Origin: Eledone cirrhosa
Lineage: Eukaryota
Length of the DNA: 64,000 nt
Reading direction: 5' to 3'
NCBI GenBank assembly: GCA_964016885.1
Contig: OZ024741.1
Span: 269,576,001 to 269,640,000 of the forward strand
This document shows positions 43,627-58,962 of this stretch, piece after piece. Every line of letters starts with the position of its first letter. Within the stretch, counting starts at the first letter, position 1. A model generated the notes under the pieces. The model saw nothing but the letters and a program-made list of their open reading frames with translations, ran no database searches and was not told the DNA's origin. The position numbers and the translations under genes were made by a program.

Positions 43627-45853
43627 CTACATTTTAAATTTATATTTATATTTAAACGTTGAGTTCAATCTATGTCTGCAGCAACTGAATAAATTCTTCC
43701 TTGGATTAAGGGAATTTTTGGACTTTAATATAAAGAATATTTCTTCAATACAAAGATCACAATTCTCTGAAGAGGAATTAAAAGGAGTAGCATTTGAAAT
43801 AATATTCCAATTCATCGAATATTTAATATTATCTCGTTTTAGGTCCCATAGTAGGCTAGATAGCGAAGTTGAAGATTTTTTGTTTGGATCTGTGAAAGAA
43901 TTCTTATGATTATTGAAGCGAAATTTAAATTCTGTAGAGGTGGAACCAACATAGTTAAATGAATTTAAATTAGTTTTAACATTACAATTGTACACTACAT
44001 TTTTAGCTAAGCAATTGTTATTTAACGGACAGTTAGATTTATGTCTACAGTTCCAGTTATTTAATTGAATATTGTTTGGGTTATTATTGGTATTTTGGTT
44101 AGGCTTTAAATTCCTATTATTAATTCTATTAATATTTTGTGCTAAATTTTTGGTGGACGAGTAAGTTAATTTTATAGTGTGTCTATTAAAAATTGAGTAA
44201 TATTTATGTGTTCTAGGGAAGCGTGTGTCAAGAGCTTTAAAGAATAGTTTAGCAATAGGGGTTTTAATATTTAGTGAGAAAGGGGGAGCAAACCATAATA
44301 TATTTCTAGTTCTATTTCTTTTTCGGCTTTTGGAATTATTGTAATGTTTTCTATTATAGTTGTTAAAATTGTTACCGTAATTGAAATTGTTATTATTTTG
44401 GTTAGTTTGCTTATTATTATTATTATCGATGTATTTAATTTTATTTCTATATCCTGCTCTACCTAACGCTTCGTTGTAATACTGCGCTTTTTCATCAAAT
44501 ATATTTTTATTAGATGAAATTCTTGAAATTCGTTCTTGAACAGAGTTCACTATAGTATTTTTAACAGATCTCGGGTGATTAGAGTTAAAGTTGACATAAT
44601 TCAAGTTCTCATTTAGTTTGTGAAATGGATAGTGAAGACGTGTTGAGATTTAGTGTTACATCAAGAAAATTGACTATTCTATGGTTATTCTCTATTTCTA
44701 TTTTTAGATTAAGGTAATTAAAAAATTGTATAATTTGTTTTCTTTTTCTATTTAGTTCACAGCTATTATTTTCTATAAGTAAAAGCATGTCATCACGATA
44801 TAATCCTCCGGTTACACCTGGTATTTTTCTATGTAGCGAATTAATTATAAATAGGCCCACAAGGTCCGTTACCTGAGCTGAATCTGATGATCCCATAGTT
44901 ATGTCGAAATTATTATTTCTATCTGCCCTAGTCCAGAGTTGGTTATTAAATTCTATCAATGTTTTCCTTGCCGATAATATAATGTGCATTTCATTGCTAG
45001 TTAGGTCAGTATCTTTAAATGCGTAATTTAGTGCCTTATTCAGTAGATTAGGAGTGATAGATGAATAGTAGTTAGCAATATCCAGCTGAATAAACTTATT
45101 ATTACAGTTATATTTAATTTCTTTAAACCAATCAATAACCTCACTAGTCCCTTTCCATAATTTTAAGTAAGATAAATTAGGTAAGTTTATAATTTGTTGT
45201 ATTACCCTGTCTAGAATATTTTTGCTAAGTTTTCCCAGGTCAGATTTGGATGGTGCAATTAATCTGACTGGTAAGTCATTTTCAAAGTTTCTTTTGTGAT
45301 CCTTCATATTGATCTTGGGTTTCCTAGGCATGAAGGGTTGTGTTTTATTCTCAATGTCTAATTCATGCATTATACAAGATGTTTCTGTATTCAGTTTTTC
45401 AAGTTCGTCCTTACTTGCTACCTTGTACTTTTTCCTTAGTTCTTTCAATATAAGGTCGTTATACATGTCCTTTTGTACTCCATAAAGGTTATTAGTTTTG
45501 TCCGACTTCACTAACATTTTCTCTGTTTTCTCCAGGTTTTCAATATTATCCTTAATACATCTTAAGTAGTCATGGCCTTTGAAGTTTCTCTTGAATATGA
45601 TGCCTTGGATGATAGATACTATATCGTTTTCAAAATCCATTAGTAGTTTGTTGGGGGGTGGATTTTTTTTAGATTTGAAAATTTTATCCAGATTTGAAAC
45701 ATTTTCATTTAGATTAGATTTATCAAAGTGGAAAGCACGCCACCTGATTCTTCTTATAAAAGAGACAGATTTTTCTATTAATTGTTTAATAAAATCTTTG
45801 TTCCTAGGTAGAGGTATGTCTTTTAGAGAAGAAGAGATCTTAAAGAATTCCAT
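43627..45853 (-). pseudogene. Penelope-like RT + GIY-YIG polyprotein, about 742 aa, single frameshift near 44632
   Basis: SLKDIPLP..FIRRIRWRAFHF, KSDKTNNLY, KDHK, RLIAP, DIANYYSSI, MGSSDSAQVTDLVG, GLYRDD, NFLDV, SNHP, WFAPPFS, CPLNNNCL..VVY..YVGST..FKFRFNNH, CDLC..E, CCRH; motif set recalled for Naiad-clade PLEs. Confidence 0.93.
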
Positions 45854-47481
45854 TTTTCAGTTATAATGTAAAGCGCTCAACAATACAGGAGCAGAATATA
45901 TGCAAAAGTTCTATTTAAAGTTGTTGGGATACAAGTAAATATTTTTATAACTGATATAAAGCACTCGACAAGTTTTTGGAGTAGATATACGATATTAATA
46001 AATGGAAACTATATTTATAAAACCATATTTATAAAACCAATGTATTAAATAAAATATACGTAAGGTAAATTTCTATACTAAATATAAGGTTATCTGTAAA
46101 ATCATTGGGTTTTTTTAAATTTTTTTTAAATTTTTTTAAATCTTTTAAATTATTTTTATTTATTTGTTTTGATTATGATAGCTTCTCATAACTTTCATAT
46201 GTCTACCCTTTCAATATCTTGATTGAGATATACGTAGGATAAATTTCTATACTAAATATATAAAACATATTATTTTATAGTGTTTTAAAGATATTTAATG
46301 CTTTGATATTTCTGGATTTCTTTTGTCTATACTGTTATAGCTGCATTTCCAAAATAATCCTTTGGTATTTTAAATTTATTTTGTTCTGGTTATGTTTACA
46401 AGTTATAGTCCTTTAGTAATATATTGATATTTGATTATCTCTATGCAAATGCATATGTGTATATTAACATGCATAAAAAGTGTTATAGGTTTTTTTTGTG
46501 TCTATATATGTCTGTATATATACATGAGTGATGCGTGACGACGCACGCAAATATTTATTTATACATATATATGTGTATATATGTATGTGTATATATATAT
46601 GTGGTTGGGAGGTATGTTGCAGATATGCATAATATTAAACACATGAATGGTAATCGTATATATGAGGACATGAATGTTAATCGTATATATTTGTACATAT
46701 ATACTGTGAAATTTTTATGACACAAAGAATGTATAGCAATGATTAAGAGAAATCATTTACGTTTTGTATGGCTATATTGTTGGCTTGAGTTAAACATAAT
46801 TTCTATTTTCAGGACGTGCGTATCTATGTGTATATATATATACACATATATATTTGTATGTCTTTGCATAAAATACTGATCTCTATAGCAAGGGTACATT
46901 TTGAACTCAGATTTTGATATATTGATCTCAAGTTTCTAAACTAGACATATAGTCATTATTGAACAATGTTTAATTTCTCATATTATATATCTATGTCCCA
47001 TTCATGAATATTGATACTTATATTTTTATTATTCATTTCATATAAATTGTTAATTCAACTTAATATGACATAACGTAAAGTGTTCATTGTCCTCCCTCTC
47101 TCTATATAGTATTTCTCTCTCTTGGGTTTTCTCTCTGTATGATGACTTGATATCTCTCTGTTGCTTTCCTATGTTTTTCTTATTTCTTCCTTTTCTATCT
47201 TTTTTTTTTTTTTTTTTTTTTTTCCTCCTATCTTTATTTATCTCTTTCTTTTATCCATACATTTCTCTCTCTCTCCGATATTTCTCCAGGTTTTCTTTCT
47301 TTCTCTCTTTTCTCTCTCTCCGTCTTTTTTCTTTTTCTTTATCTCCGTCTTTTTCTAATTGTGCTTAACACTATGACTTATTAAAACAATATAAACAATT
47401 CACTATCCAGACAGCCTCCAAAAGTAATGGTTGTATTTTAAAAGGGTACGTCAAAGCTATTTGTAAAACTGTTATATATTG

Positions 47482-47545
47482 TATTTTTCTGATGAAGGCA
47501 TACCATAATTTAATATGGTATCCCTGAAATATGTATAATGAAATA
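47482..47545 (+). ncRNA. Hammerhead ribozyme, inverted duplicate of 41835-41899
   Basis: CTGATGA 47489-47495, GAAA 47526-47529; 1-nt deletion weakens stem I. Confidence 0.72.
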
Positions 47546-47584
47546 AATATGGTGTTATAAATATAGTTTCCATTTATCAATATC

Positions 47585-49470
<1,886 letters not shown>

Positions 49471-49663
49471 ATACATGGAATCGACCCGAGACCTCAGTCG
49501 GTTTCTACGATGAGTGCCTCAGTCGTTCAATCTGTCTTGAAATATTACTCCGAGTAAATGGCTGAAGCGTTTAACAGACACGTGTACAGTGTAACACATT
49601 GTATGACGAGGCCAGTATTTTGAATTACAAGTACTGTCTATAAAACCAAGGATAAATACAAGG

Positions 49664-49772
49664 TCAGAAATGTTCGATGCTTAATGGTAACGGTAGCGAC
49701 CCTACGAATGCGTTTTTCAGACACATAGACCATTTTGGGAAGAATATTTCAATCGCTCGTTTTGCTTTGCAT
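49664..49772 (-). CDS. Candidate host exon, phase-compatible with 51279-51384
   Basis: Branch-like CTCTAAC + ACTTTTTCAG acceptor; frame (Q)CKAKRAIEIFFPKWSMCLKNAFVGSLPLPLSIEHF*; 3' boundary uncertain. Confidence 0.35.
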
Positions 49773-49884
49773 CTGAAAAAGTGTTAGAGGATATTTTAAA
49801 ATATCAATAAAAATGCAATCCATAAACCGAAACAGAAGTCAATACGTCTTCTCAGGGTTACTAATACCACCTCCACCACTGACA

Positions 49885-50290
49885 ATAATAATTGTTTCTA
49901 CTTTTGGCACAAGGCCAGCAATTATCCCAGTGCATTACCGGTTCTTTATTTTATCGACCCCGTAAGGATGAAAGGCAAAGTTAATCTCGGCGGGATTTGA
50001 ACTCAGTCCGTAAAAAGGGACGTAACTATGCTGGAAAGCATGGCGTCCGACTCTCTACTGATACTGCCAATCCACCTACTATAGGGACAAGGATAACAAT
50101 TTTGCAGGGAGGAGACAGTCAATTAAATCTACTCCAGTGCATTACTGGTACTTTATTTTATCGACCCCGTAACGATGAAAGGCAAAGCAAACCTCGGCTG
50201 GATATGAACTCAGAACGTAAAGGGCCGTAACTCTATGCCGCGAAGCATGGTGTCCGACGCTCTACCGAGACTGACAATCCACCACCCTTA
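49885..50290 (-). mobile_element. Two tandem Nin-type SINE copies
   Basis: Family consensus motifs on the minus strand. Confidence 0.85.
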
Positions 50291-50299
50291 ACAACAATG

Positions 50300-50495
50300 A
50301 TAATAATAATGATGTTATAATGAAGAAGATGATGATGATGATGATGATGATGATAAAGATGTTGATGATGATAAAGATGATGATGATGATGATGATGGTA
50401 ATGAACATGATGATGATGGTGATGATGATGATGATGATAAAGATGATTTTGATGAAGATGGTCACTGTGATGATGATGATGATGATGATTATGAT
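50300..50495. repeat. (ATG)n microsatellite, abutting a Tx1-like 3' tip at 50494-50525 (minus)
   Basis: Minus strand GTGGCCGATAAAAGAAAT runs into (CAT)n. Confidence 0.85.
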
Positions 50496-50840
50496 TTCTT
50501 TTATCGGCCACTAGGGGGCACGACAATAAAAAAAAAATTTATGAATTAAACAAAAATATACAAAAGAATTAAAATAAATTACTAAATATTTACGATAGAA
50601 AGTTGGCAAGAAATAAATATTTCGCAATGATTAGTGCGCAGTAATGTTTGAACCTAACTGACGGGAAAATATTTGTTGTGGCAGTAGTGACTGCTAGAGA
50701 TGATTAGTGCTCAGACACCAAGATATATCTTTAAAATAACACAATTAAGTCGTATGAACCACTAAGGGAATTTACACAAAATAGCAGCTAAAATGTTCCC
50801 TCAAATCACATTCTATCTCTTAAATATAAAAAGATACATC

Positions 50841-51278
50841 AGCCTGCAGCAATGGAGTCTTCCAACGCTCTTGGCCCCCGGGCCACATCCCTACTCATGT
50901 TATAGGTTTGTCGTAGAGCCTGCAGCAATGGAGTCTTCCAACGCTCTTGGCCCCCGGGCCACATCCCTACTCATGTTATAGGTTTGTCGTAGAGCCTGTA
51001 GCAATGGAGTCTTCCAACACTCTTGGCCCCCGGACCACATCCCTACTCATGTTATAGGTTTGTCGTAGAGCCTGTAGCAATGGAGTCTTCCAACGCTCTT
51101 GGCCCCCGGGCCACATCCCTACTCATGTTATAGGTTTGTCGTAGAGCCTGTAGCAATGGAGTCTTCCAACACTCTTGGCCCCCGTACCACATCCCTACTC
51201 ATGTTATAGGTTTGTCGTAGAGCCTGCAGCAATGGAGTCTTCCAGCACTCTTGGCCCCCGTACCACATCCCTACTCAC
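50841..51278. repeat. 76-bp minisatellite, about 5.8 units
   Basis: AGCCTG(C/T)AGCAATGG at 50841, 50917, 50993, 51069, 51145, 51221. Confidence 0.95.
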
Positions 51279-51384
51279 TGCTCAGAGAAGTTGGCAGCCC
51301 ACAGGTGCGATCCCCGTGAGCTGTAGTGACTATTCCAGCGCTTCTCCCGCGCCGTCCTCCGAGGTAATGTATAATCTGTCATGT
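51279..51384 (-). CDS. Candidate 106-nt host exon (MTDYTLPRRTAREKRWNSHYSSRGSHLWAANFSE)
   Basis: Branch CTAACTAAC, pyrimidine tract, CAACAG acceptor, consensus GTGAGT donor, GC-rich, only one open frame. Confidence 0.5.
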
Positions 51385-51828
51385 CTGTTGGGACCAAAAA
51401 GCGGAGGGTAAGTTAGTTAGGGTGGAGGATTATATATAAAGTGGGGGCAGTATGGCTTAATATGTTTCATGTCTCAATCATAAAGTCTCGGGAACGGTCC
51501 CACTGCTTAGCATCTTCAGCAAGTTTTATATACCAAAAGCTCAGATTAAATAAAACCATATGAGGGGAATTGGATAGATGGAAACTACATCAGGCCTGTC
51601 AACTCTCCCCGTCCGACGGGGAGATCTCCCACTCACTTTGGGGTGGGTGAGAGATGTCTTCTTTTGTGAAAATGGATATAGCTTCTATTATGCAAAATCT
51701 CCCCATTTTGCCTCATTTCTCCTCTTTGGGGTTGGGGGCACTTTGTTATGGTACTCCCCATTTGGGTTTTTAGAGGTTAGCAGGTCTGTATACACTCACA
51801 CACACACACATATATATAATTATATATA

Positions 51829-51937
<109 letters not shown>

Positions 51938-51952
51938 TGTATATATATATAT

Positions 51953-51985
<33 letters not shown>

Positions 51986-52737
51986 CTAACAGAGGTACCC
52001 GGCGTTGCCCAGTATAACTCTCAATGGGGTAGTCATTCAAATGAACCGAAAGACTTCCGTTAAACACGACTATAGAAGTAACAATTTATAGGCGTTAGCC
52101 CTAAAGAGGGCCTTTGAATGTTCACTTTGAATTATCTCTGCGGCGGTGCTGCCAGCAAAGACGAATCCAGCGATAACAATTTATAGTTGGTGGCCTTGAA
52201 GAGGACCTTTTAACGGTCACTTTGAAATATCTCAGCGGCGGTGCTGCCAGAAAAGATGAATCCGATGGTAACAATTTAAACTTCGTGGCCCTTGGATCGT
52301 TCGCTCTTAAAAGTCCCAGCAGCATAGATGTCAGCAAAGACAACCCCGATTAGAGGTCGTGGCCCTTAACAATCCTTCACATCGCTTTGGTGTGTCGTAT
52401 TTGCTTTGCTTGTTGTTATTTGAGATTGTAACCTAGAAAAGCATGTAACAGTCGGTGGCCACAAAAACGGCCTTGGCAAGATCACGCTGGAATGTCAAAA
52501 AAATGTGTAAATAAGATGTAGAGAAAAGTAGATTAATTAGGTTAGAACTACGGAACATCGATAGCAAAGTGTTATAGCAACATATAAATGCGGAAAACAG
52601 AGACATTGAACATTTATAACGCATAGCAAAAGCAATATCGGAGGCGTCAAAAGGACAAAAATGGTACAAGGATACAGCAAATGTAAGCATTTATACAAAA
52701 TAAAAACACAGCGATTACTTGTTGGCGGATGGGGTGT

Positions 52738-53250
52738 CTACAAAACTTTCTTATAGACTATATTTTGGGTTTTCTCGCGAATTGCAAAAGTAAAATAGGT
52801 TATGTCGGCTCCCCACTCGAGAGCAACCAACGTATAGTTGACCATGTGAGAAGCACGGTTCTTCTAAATTAAGCCCTAGGACCGTCAGCGTCTGACCCTG
52901 TGATTTGTTAATCGACATGGTGAAACTGAGCCGGAGAGGGAATGTCTTTACCGGATGGAATGAGAGGTATCTTTGGTCCCCCTTTGGACAGTGTCCCCCT
53001 TACCACATCCTGTAAGTATTGTTGCCTCAATAACATGAGGCATCGCCTTTTAGACGAGCAGACGCGTGCCATTGGAAAGCCTTCAGGTTCCAAATTCCTG
53101 AGGAGCATGACAGGGGCACTTTTCTTAAGTCGCAGTAAGTGCGGTGGCAATCCGGGAGGGTCTAGGGAGTTAAGAAATTATGTGGGGTAATTAACAACTT
53201 CGTCCGGATCAACCATAGAGTCAAGGGGCTTGTAGACGTGCAGCTTTCCA
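52738..53250 (-). pseudogene. Helitron PIF1-type helicase C-terminal remnant
   Basis: FLNSLDPPGLPPHLLRLKKSAPVMLLRNL, PKIPLIPS, MSINKSQGQTL..LGLNLEEPCFSHGQLYVGCSRVG; frameshifts and stops. Confidence 0.92.
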
Positions 53251-53384
53251 GGAAAGCACAGAATAGTCGGAGGAGGGGTCGTACTTAAAGGCCTTCAACA
53301 ACCATCGGAAATTGCAAGACCTAGAAATGCCACGTAACGATGAACGCCGCTGTTCACTTTGCAGAAGTCGGCCACGTTGTTGCT

Positions 53385-53801
53385 CTATGGTTTCAGTATT
53401 TCGTGCAGCAGCAGTGGCAGCAGCGTCCCTGCTTCGTCGAACGGCGCGTCGTCCTTCATCCTCTCCAGCGCGAGCAGTGGCGTCCCTGCTTCGTTGAACG
53501 CGCGTCGTCCTTCATGCTCTCCAACGCGAACAGCGGATGTTGCAGTGGCGTCCCTGCTTCGTCGAACATCACGTCGCCCTTCAATCTCTCGATCACGAGC
53601 AGCAGCAGTCACGGCAGCATCTTTGTTCTGTCGAAGTTCACGCCGACTGTCACCCTCCTCCTCTCTTGCAGCTGCCGTCTGCACAACATTCTGTGAGAGC
53701 CTGATCGCAGTCACATTTACATCTTCGGTGAGACGCCTTCGTTTAGACCTACTTGCATCATTAGATAATTGACCAATGAAAGTTCTTTTCTTGGGTGACA
53801 T
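53385..53801 (-). pseudogene. Probable Helitron RepHel N-terminal basic/charged region
   Basis: MSPKKRTFIGQLSNDASRSKRRR followed by Arg/Glu-rich repeats; same strand, upstream of the helicase remnant. Confidence 0.55.
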
Positions 53802-55960
53802 TGTTTTTAGAAAATTAACCAGGGAGAACGATAAATAGTGGACAAATAACGTTTAAGTAAGCAAATCTAAACACGGATATAAATTGTGAAAAAATGTGAT
53901 AAATCTATGTGGTCTGAGAAAGTGGGTATGTTTTGCAAGATTTTGTGTACCAGTCAAATTTCAGCAGTTTTAAGTTACGGACAACCTGTGATAAAGGAAA
54001 TTAAATAGTGTGGCTACAGTATATAAGTGTCAGTATGTTTGTTCAGTTCGAACATACCAATAAGTAAGTACTAACCATTGAAAGAATACAGGCAAAAATG
54101 GCCGAACAATCACAGCAGGATAAATTGGAACCTTATGACCATAAACACATTAACTAAACCTCCTTTAAGGTGACAAATGTTGAAGAAGCATGCGTTTCAG
54201 AAACATGGGGTAGCTTATGAGAGTACGCATGTAAAAAAAAACCTATCACTTGTCAAAAGCCAAAAAAGAAGTGTGATCCTACGTCGGACTTGACCGATAT
54301 AAATAGGAATGATTTCGCTCAATGAACAACACTCGAGTTGTCTGATTGGTTAGATAATACAAATAAGTGTGATGAAATCTACTGAACACAACTCACTGAT
54401 ATGTGGTTGGCCAGAGGTCGCCATTTCGCACTTAATTGAGGTCCAATTAAACGGGGGAGACAACTGGGTGCAAAAACTAATCATCATTCGCACAGTTTAG
54501 GCATGAGTGTGAAATAGCACAATCCACATACTGTAGGCGTTAAAATTTACACTTGGGTTAAATCGCGCTTTCTTGGTTAGGAGTATAAAATGACGCCAAA
54601 GTACAACGAAAAAAATTTAACTCGCCATTCCGCACTTAATTGTGATGCAATTACACGGGGCAGACAACCAGGTGCAAAATTAAATTCAATCATCCTAAAG
54701 TTAACTAAACAAACTAAAGTTAAGTCAGGGGGATTTAAAAATTCGCTACTCCATTTGTAGGACTAGAGTAACCGGTACGTCAGCTTTCGTTTATATTGAC
54801 TTTTATTTCCAGAAGTTGAAATGCTTTGCTGCAACCATAATATGAACTTTAAAAGTGGTCCAAAGGGGCTCACTACCCTCCCTAGGGGGTTCCCTTGCCA
54901 AATGCAAGTGATAACGAATGTGTGGTGCTTTATCTTATGGCAGGCAATAACCATTTCGTTTAGCTTTTGTAAGGATCAAGTATAAACTCCCGAGGCTATG
55001 GTGCTTTTTTATTGTGGCAGTTTGAACTTTTATAGGTTAATGAATTGGGCTCATTGTCCCCGAGGGGGTCTTCTTGCTGAATTGAAATGAAAGTAAATGT
55101 GCCTCACTGTATCTTCATCTGTAGTACATGAATAACAACTAAGTCGAAATTCGTTTTATTGGACTACCAATTATCGAAGCTGAGGCTTTGCTGCATTACA
55201 ATAGCCAAATTCAATAAATGACTCGCCGGGGCTTACTGCCCCCTGGGGGGTCTCCTTGCTTGTTCCAGTATAGACAGTGTCTTCAACATCATCTGTCGGC
55301 AATGGGTAACCAATGTGTCCGGTAAAGTTAAAATCAAGCGTAAACTTCAAAGATACAGTGTTAATGTGAACTTCAATAGATAAGTCGAAGAGGCTTACTA
55401 CCCCACCCCCAGGGGTCCCCTTCATAAGTTCAAGTAAAAGTTCGTGTGTTCACCTTCCTTTATAAGCCATGGGTAACCAATACGTCTCGCCTTGTGAAAA
55501 CCAAACACCAACTCAAGCAGTTATGACGTTTTGTTGCATTGATGATATCAACTTCAACAAGGGGTCCCCTACCTGGATTTCTACGCAAGTGTAGCCTGCA
55601 AATTTATTTGTAGGCCATAAGCAAACAAAAGATTAATTTTGTGAAAGATGGGAGGCAAACATCAGCAATTATGGGGCCTTTATGCAATAGTACTGCTGAC
55701 TCCAAGCGAGAGGCTTAAGGGGGTTATCTGAGCCGGGGAGGGGGGCACAATCGATGTGCGGAAAAATAAAATAGCCTACGACGCGTAGTAGGACTTCAGA
55801 AAGCTATGTATGAAATTTGCTGCAAATCGGTTGTAAAATGTAGCATGGGGTTACACAGACAGACAGACATCTTCTGTTTTATATACAATAATATATATAT
55901 ATATATATCCGACAGCATTCGTTAGCTTGCCCGCAACCAGAGCTTAGATTATGCTACCTT

Positions 55961-56006
<46 letters not shown>

Positions 56007-56050
56007 GGCCCCAGAATGGCTTCAGCCAGATGGCTGGAACAGGTAAAAGA

Positions 56051-56118
<68 letters not shown>

Positions 56119-56399
56119 TCTGAGATTTTAGAGGTTCGCGTCTGCAACACAGAATCTCATCGGATTGACTGTACCTGCTTTGTCATACGCTGTGTCACGG
56201 TGAATCTAACTTAGAATTATAGTATGGGTAAACATGTCTGTGGAATGCTTGGCCACTTGCAAATTTATTTATTTATTAATTACACGAGCAGGTACTTCCC
56301 TTGATCAGACAACTCCATTGGGTATAAATAAAAATCACGTGATCAATATTGAAATATATTTGATCATGTCTGCTAAATACAGAGTGAATTTGAACTAAA

Positions 56400-56855
56400 T
56401 AATAATGATCTCTACGATAGGCACAAGGCCAGCAATTTGGAGAGAGGAGAAAGTCGATTAAATCGACCCCAATGCATTAACTGGTACTTTATTTTATCGA
56501 CCCCGAAAGGATGAAAGGCAAAGATAACCTCGGCGGGATTTGAATTCAGAACGTAAAGTGACGCAACTCTAAGCTGCAAAGTATGGTGTTCGACGCTCTA
56601 CAGATACTGCCAATCCACCAACTAATTTAGAGTCGTGAATTGGCATTATCGCTAGAGCGTCTGACAATATGCTTTGTGGTAATGAGTTGCGGCTATTAAC
56701 GTTCGGAGGTCAAATCGCGCCGAGGTTAGCTTTGCCTTTCATCTTTATGAGGTCGATAAAATAAAGTACCAGCAATGCACTGACGTCGAAAAAAATCGAT
56801 TTTCCCCTCCCCCAGAAAATGCTAGGCCTTGTGACTAAATCAGAAACCATTATTG
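56400..56855. mobile_element. Two Nin-type SINE copies head-to-head (56405-56620 minus, 56635-56850 plus)
   Basis: Family consensus motifs. Confidence 0.82.
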
Positions 56856-56949
56856 GTGATGGAGGTGTTTCTAGCCCTGAGAAGTCATCTTTGCATTTTT
56901 TTAAAAATATTATGATTGTATTTATTGTATTGCACGGAATTATGACGAT

Positions 56950-58962
56950 AGGTGGTGTATGTGAAAAGTGTACTATATCAGCTGTGATATTACAATAGGT
57001 GTTGTATGTGAAAAGTGTACTATATCAGCTGTGATATTACAATAGGTGTTGTATGTGAAAAGTGTACTATATGAGCTGTGATATTACAATAGGTGTTGTA
57101 TGTGAAAAGTGTACTATATCAGCTGTGATATTACAATAGGTGGTGTATGTGAAAAGTGTACTGTATCAGCTGTGATATTACAATAGGTGTTGTATGTGAA
57201 AAGTGTACTATATCAGCTGTGATATTACAATAAGTGTTGTATGTGAAAAGTGTACTATATCAGCTGTGATATTACAATAGGTGTTGTATGTGAAAAGTGT
57301 ACTATATCAGCTGTGATATTACAATAGGTGTTGTATGTGAAAAGTGTACTATATCAGCTGTGATATTACAATAGGTGGTGTATGTGAAAGTGTACTATAT
57401 CAGCTGTGATATTACAATAAGTGTTGTATGTGAAAAGTGTACTATATCAGCTGTGATATTACAATAGGTGTTGTATGTGAAAAGTGTACTATATCAGCTG
57501 TGATATTACAATAGTTGTTGTATGTGAAAAGTGTACTATATCAGCTGTGATATTACAATAGGTGTTGTATGTGAAAGGTGTACTATATCAGCTGTGATAT
57601 TACAATAGTGGTGTATGTGAAAAGTGTACTATATCAGCTGTGATATTACAATAGGTGTTGTATGTGAAAAGTGTACTATATCAGCTGTGATATTACAATA
57701 GGTGGTGTATGTGAAAAGTGTACTGTATCAGCTGTGATATTACAATAGGTGTTGTATGTGAAAAGTGTACTATATCAGCTGTGATATTACAATAGGTGTT
57801 GTATGTGAAAGGTGTACTATATCAGATGTGATATTACAATAGTGGTGTATGTGAAAAGTGTACTATATCAGCTGTGATATTACAATAGGTGTTGTATGTG
57901 AAAAGTGTACTATATCAGCTGTGATATTACAATAGGTGGTGTATGTGAAAAGTGTACTGTATCAGCTGTGATATTACAATAGGTGTTGTATGTGAAAAGT
58001 GTACTATATCAGCTGTGATATTACAATAAGTGTTGTATGTGAAAAGTGTACTATATCAGCTGTGATATTACAATAGGTGTTGTATGTGAAAAGTGTACTA
58101 TATCAGCTGTGATATTACAATAGGTGTTGTATGTGAAAAGTGTACTATATCAGCTGTGATATTACAATAGGTGTTGTATGTGAAATGTGTACTATATCAG
58201 CTGTGATATTACAATAGGTGTTGTATGTGAAAAGTGTACTGTATCAGCTGTGATATTACAATAAGTGTTGTATGTGAAAAGTGTACTATATCAGCTGTGA
58301 TATTACAATAGGTGTTGTATGTGAAATGTGTACTATATCAGCTGTGATATTACGATAGGTGTTGTATGTGAAAAGTGTACTATATCAGCTGTGATATTAC
58401 AATAGTTGTTGTATGTGAAAAGTGTACTATATCAGCTGTGATATTACAATAGGTGTTGTATGTGAAAAGTGTACTATATCAGCTGTGATATTACAATAGT
58501 GGTGTATGTGAAAAGTGTACTATATCAGCTGTGATATTACAATAGGTGGTGTATGTGAAAAGTGTACTGTATCAGCTGTGATATTACAATAGTGGTGTAT
58601 GTGAAAAGTGTACTATATCAGCTGTGATATTACAATAGTTGTTGTATGTGAAAAGTGTACTGTATCAGCTGTGATATTACAATAGGTGTTGTATGTGAAA
58701 AGTGTACTATATCAGCTGTGATATTACAATAGGTGTTATATGTGAAAAGTGTACTATTTCAGCTGTGATATTACAATAGGTGCCGTATGTGAAAAGGGTA
58801 CTATATCAGCTGTGATATTACAATAGGTGTTATATGTGAAAAGTGTACTATTTCAGCTGTGATATTACAATAGGTGCCGTATGTGAAAAGTGTACTGTAT
58901 CAGCTGTGATATTACAATAGGTGGTGTATGTGAAAGTGCACTACTATTTCAACTGTGATATC
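56950..58962. repeat. 47-bp satellite/minisatellite, about 43 highly similar units
   Basis: Unit AGGTGTTGTATGTGAAAAGTGTACTATATCAGCTGTGATATTACAAT. Confidence 0.97.

Larger units (their letters stand above)
51986..55885 (-). mobile_element. Internally deleted Helitron, about 3.9 kb, in (TA)n
   Basis: 3' hairpin + TTAG end at the left, (ACAG)n near the 5' end at the right, RepHel remnants on the minus strand. Confidence 0.85.

Noticed and set aside
43627-45853. Selenoprotein-type Naiad
   Set aside because: No in-frame TGA at conserved Cys positions; the TGA ending 44609-45853 is out of frame after the frameshift
56950-58962. CRISPR-like array (also the 82-, 76- and 28-bp arrays)
   Set aside because: No unique spacers, no cas genes, eukaryotic context
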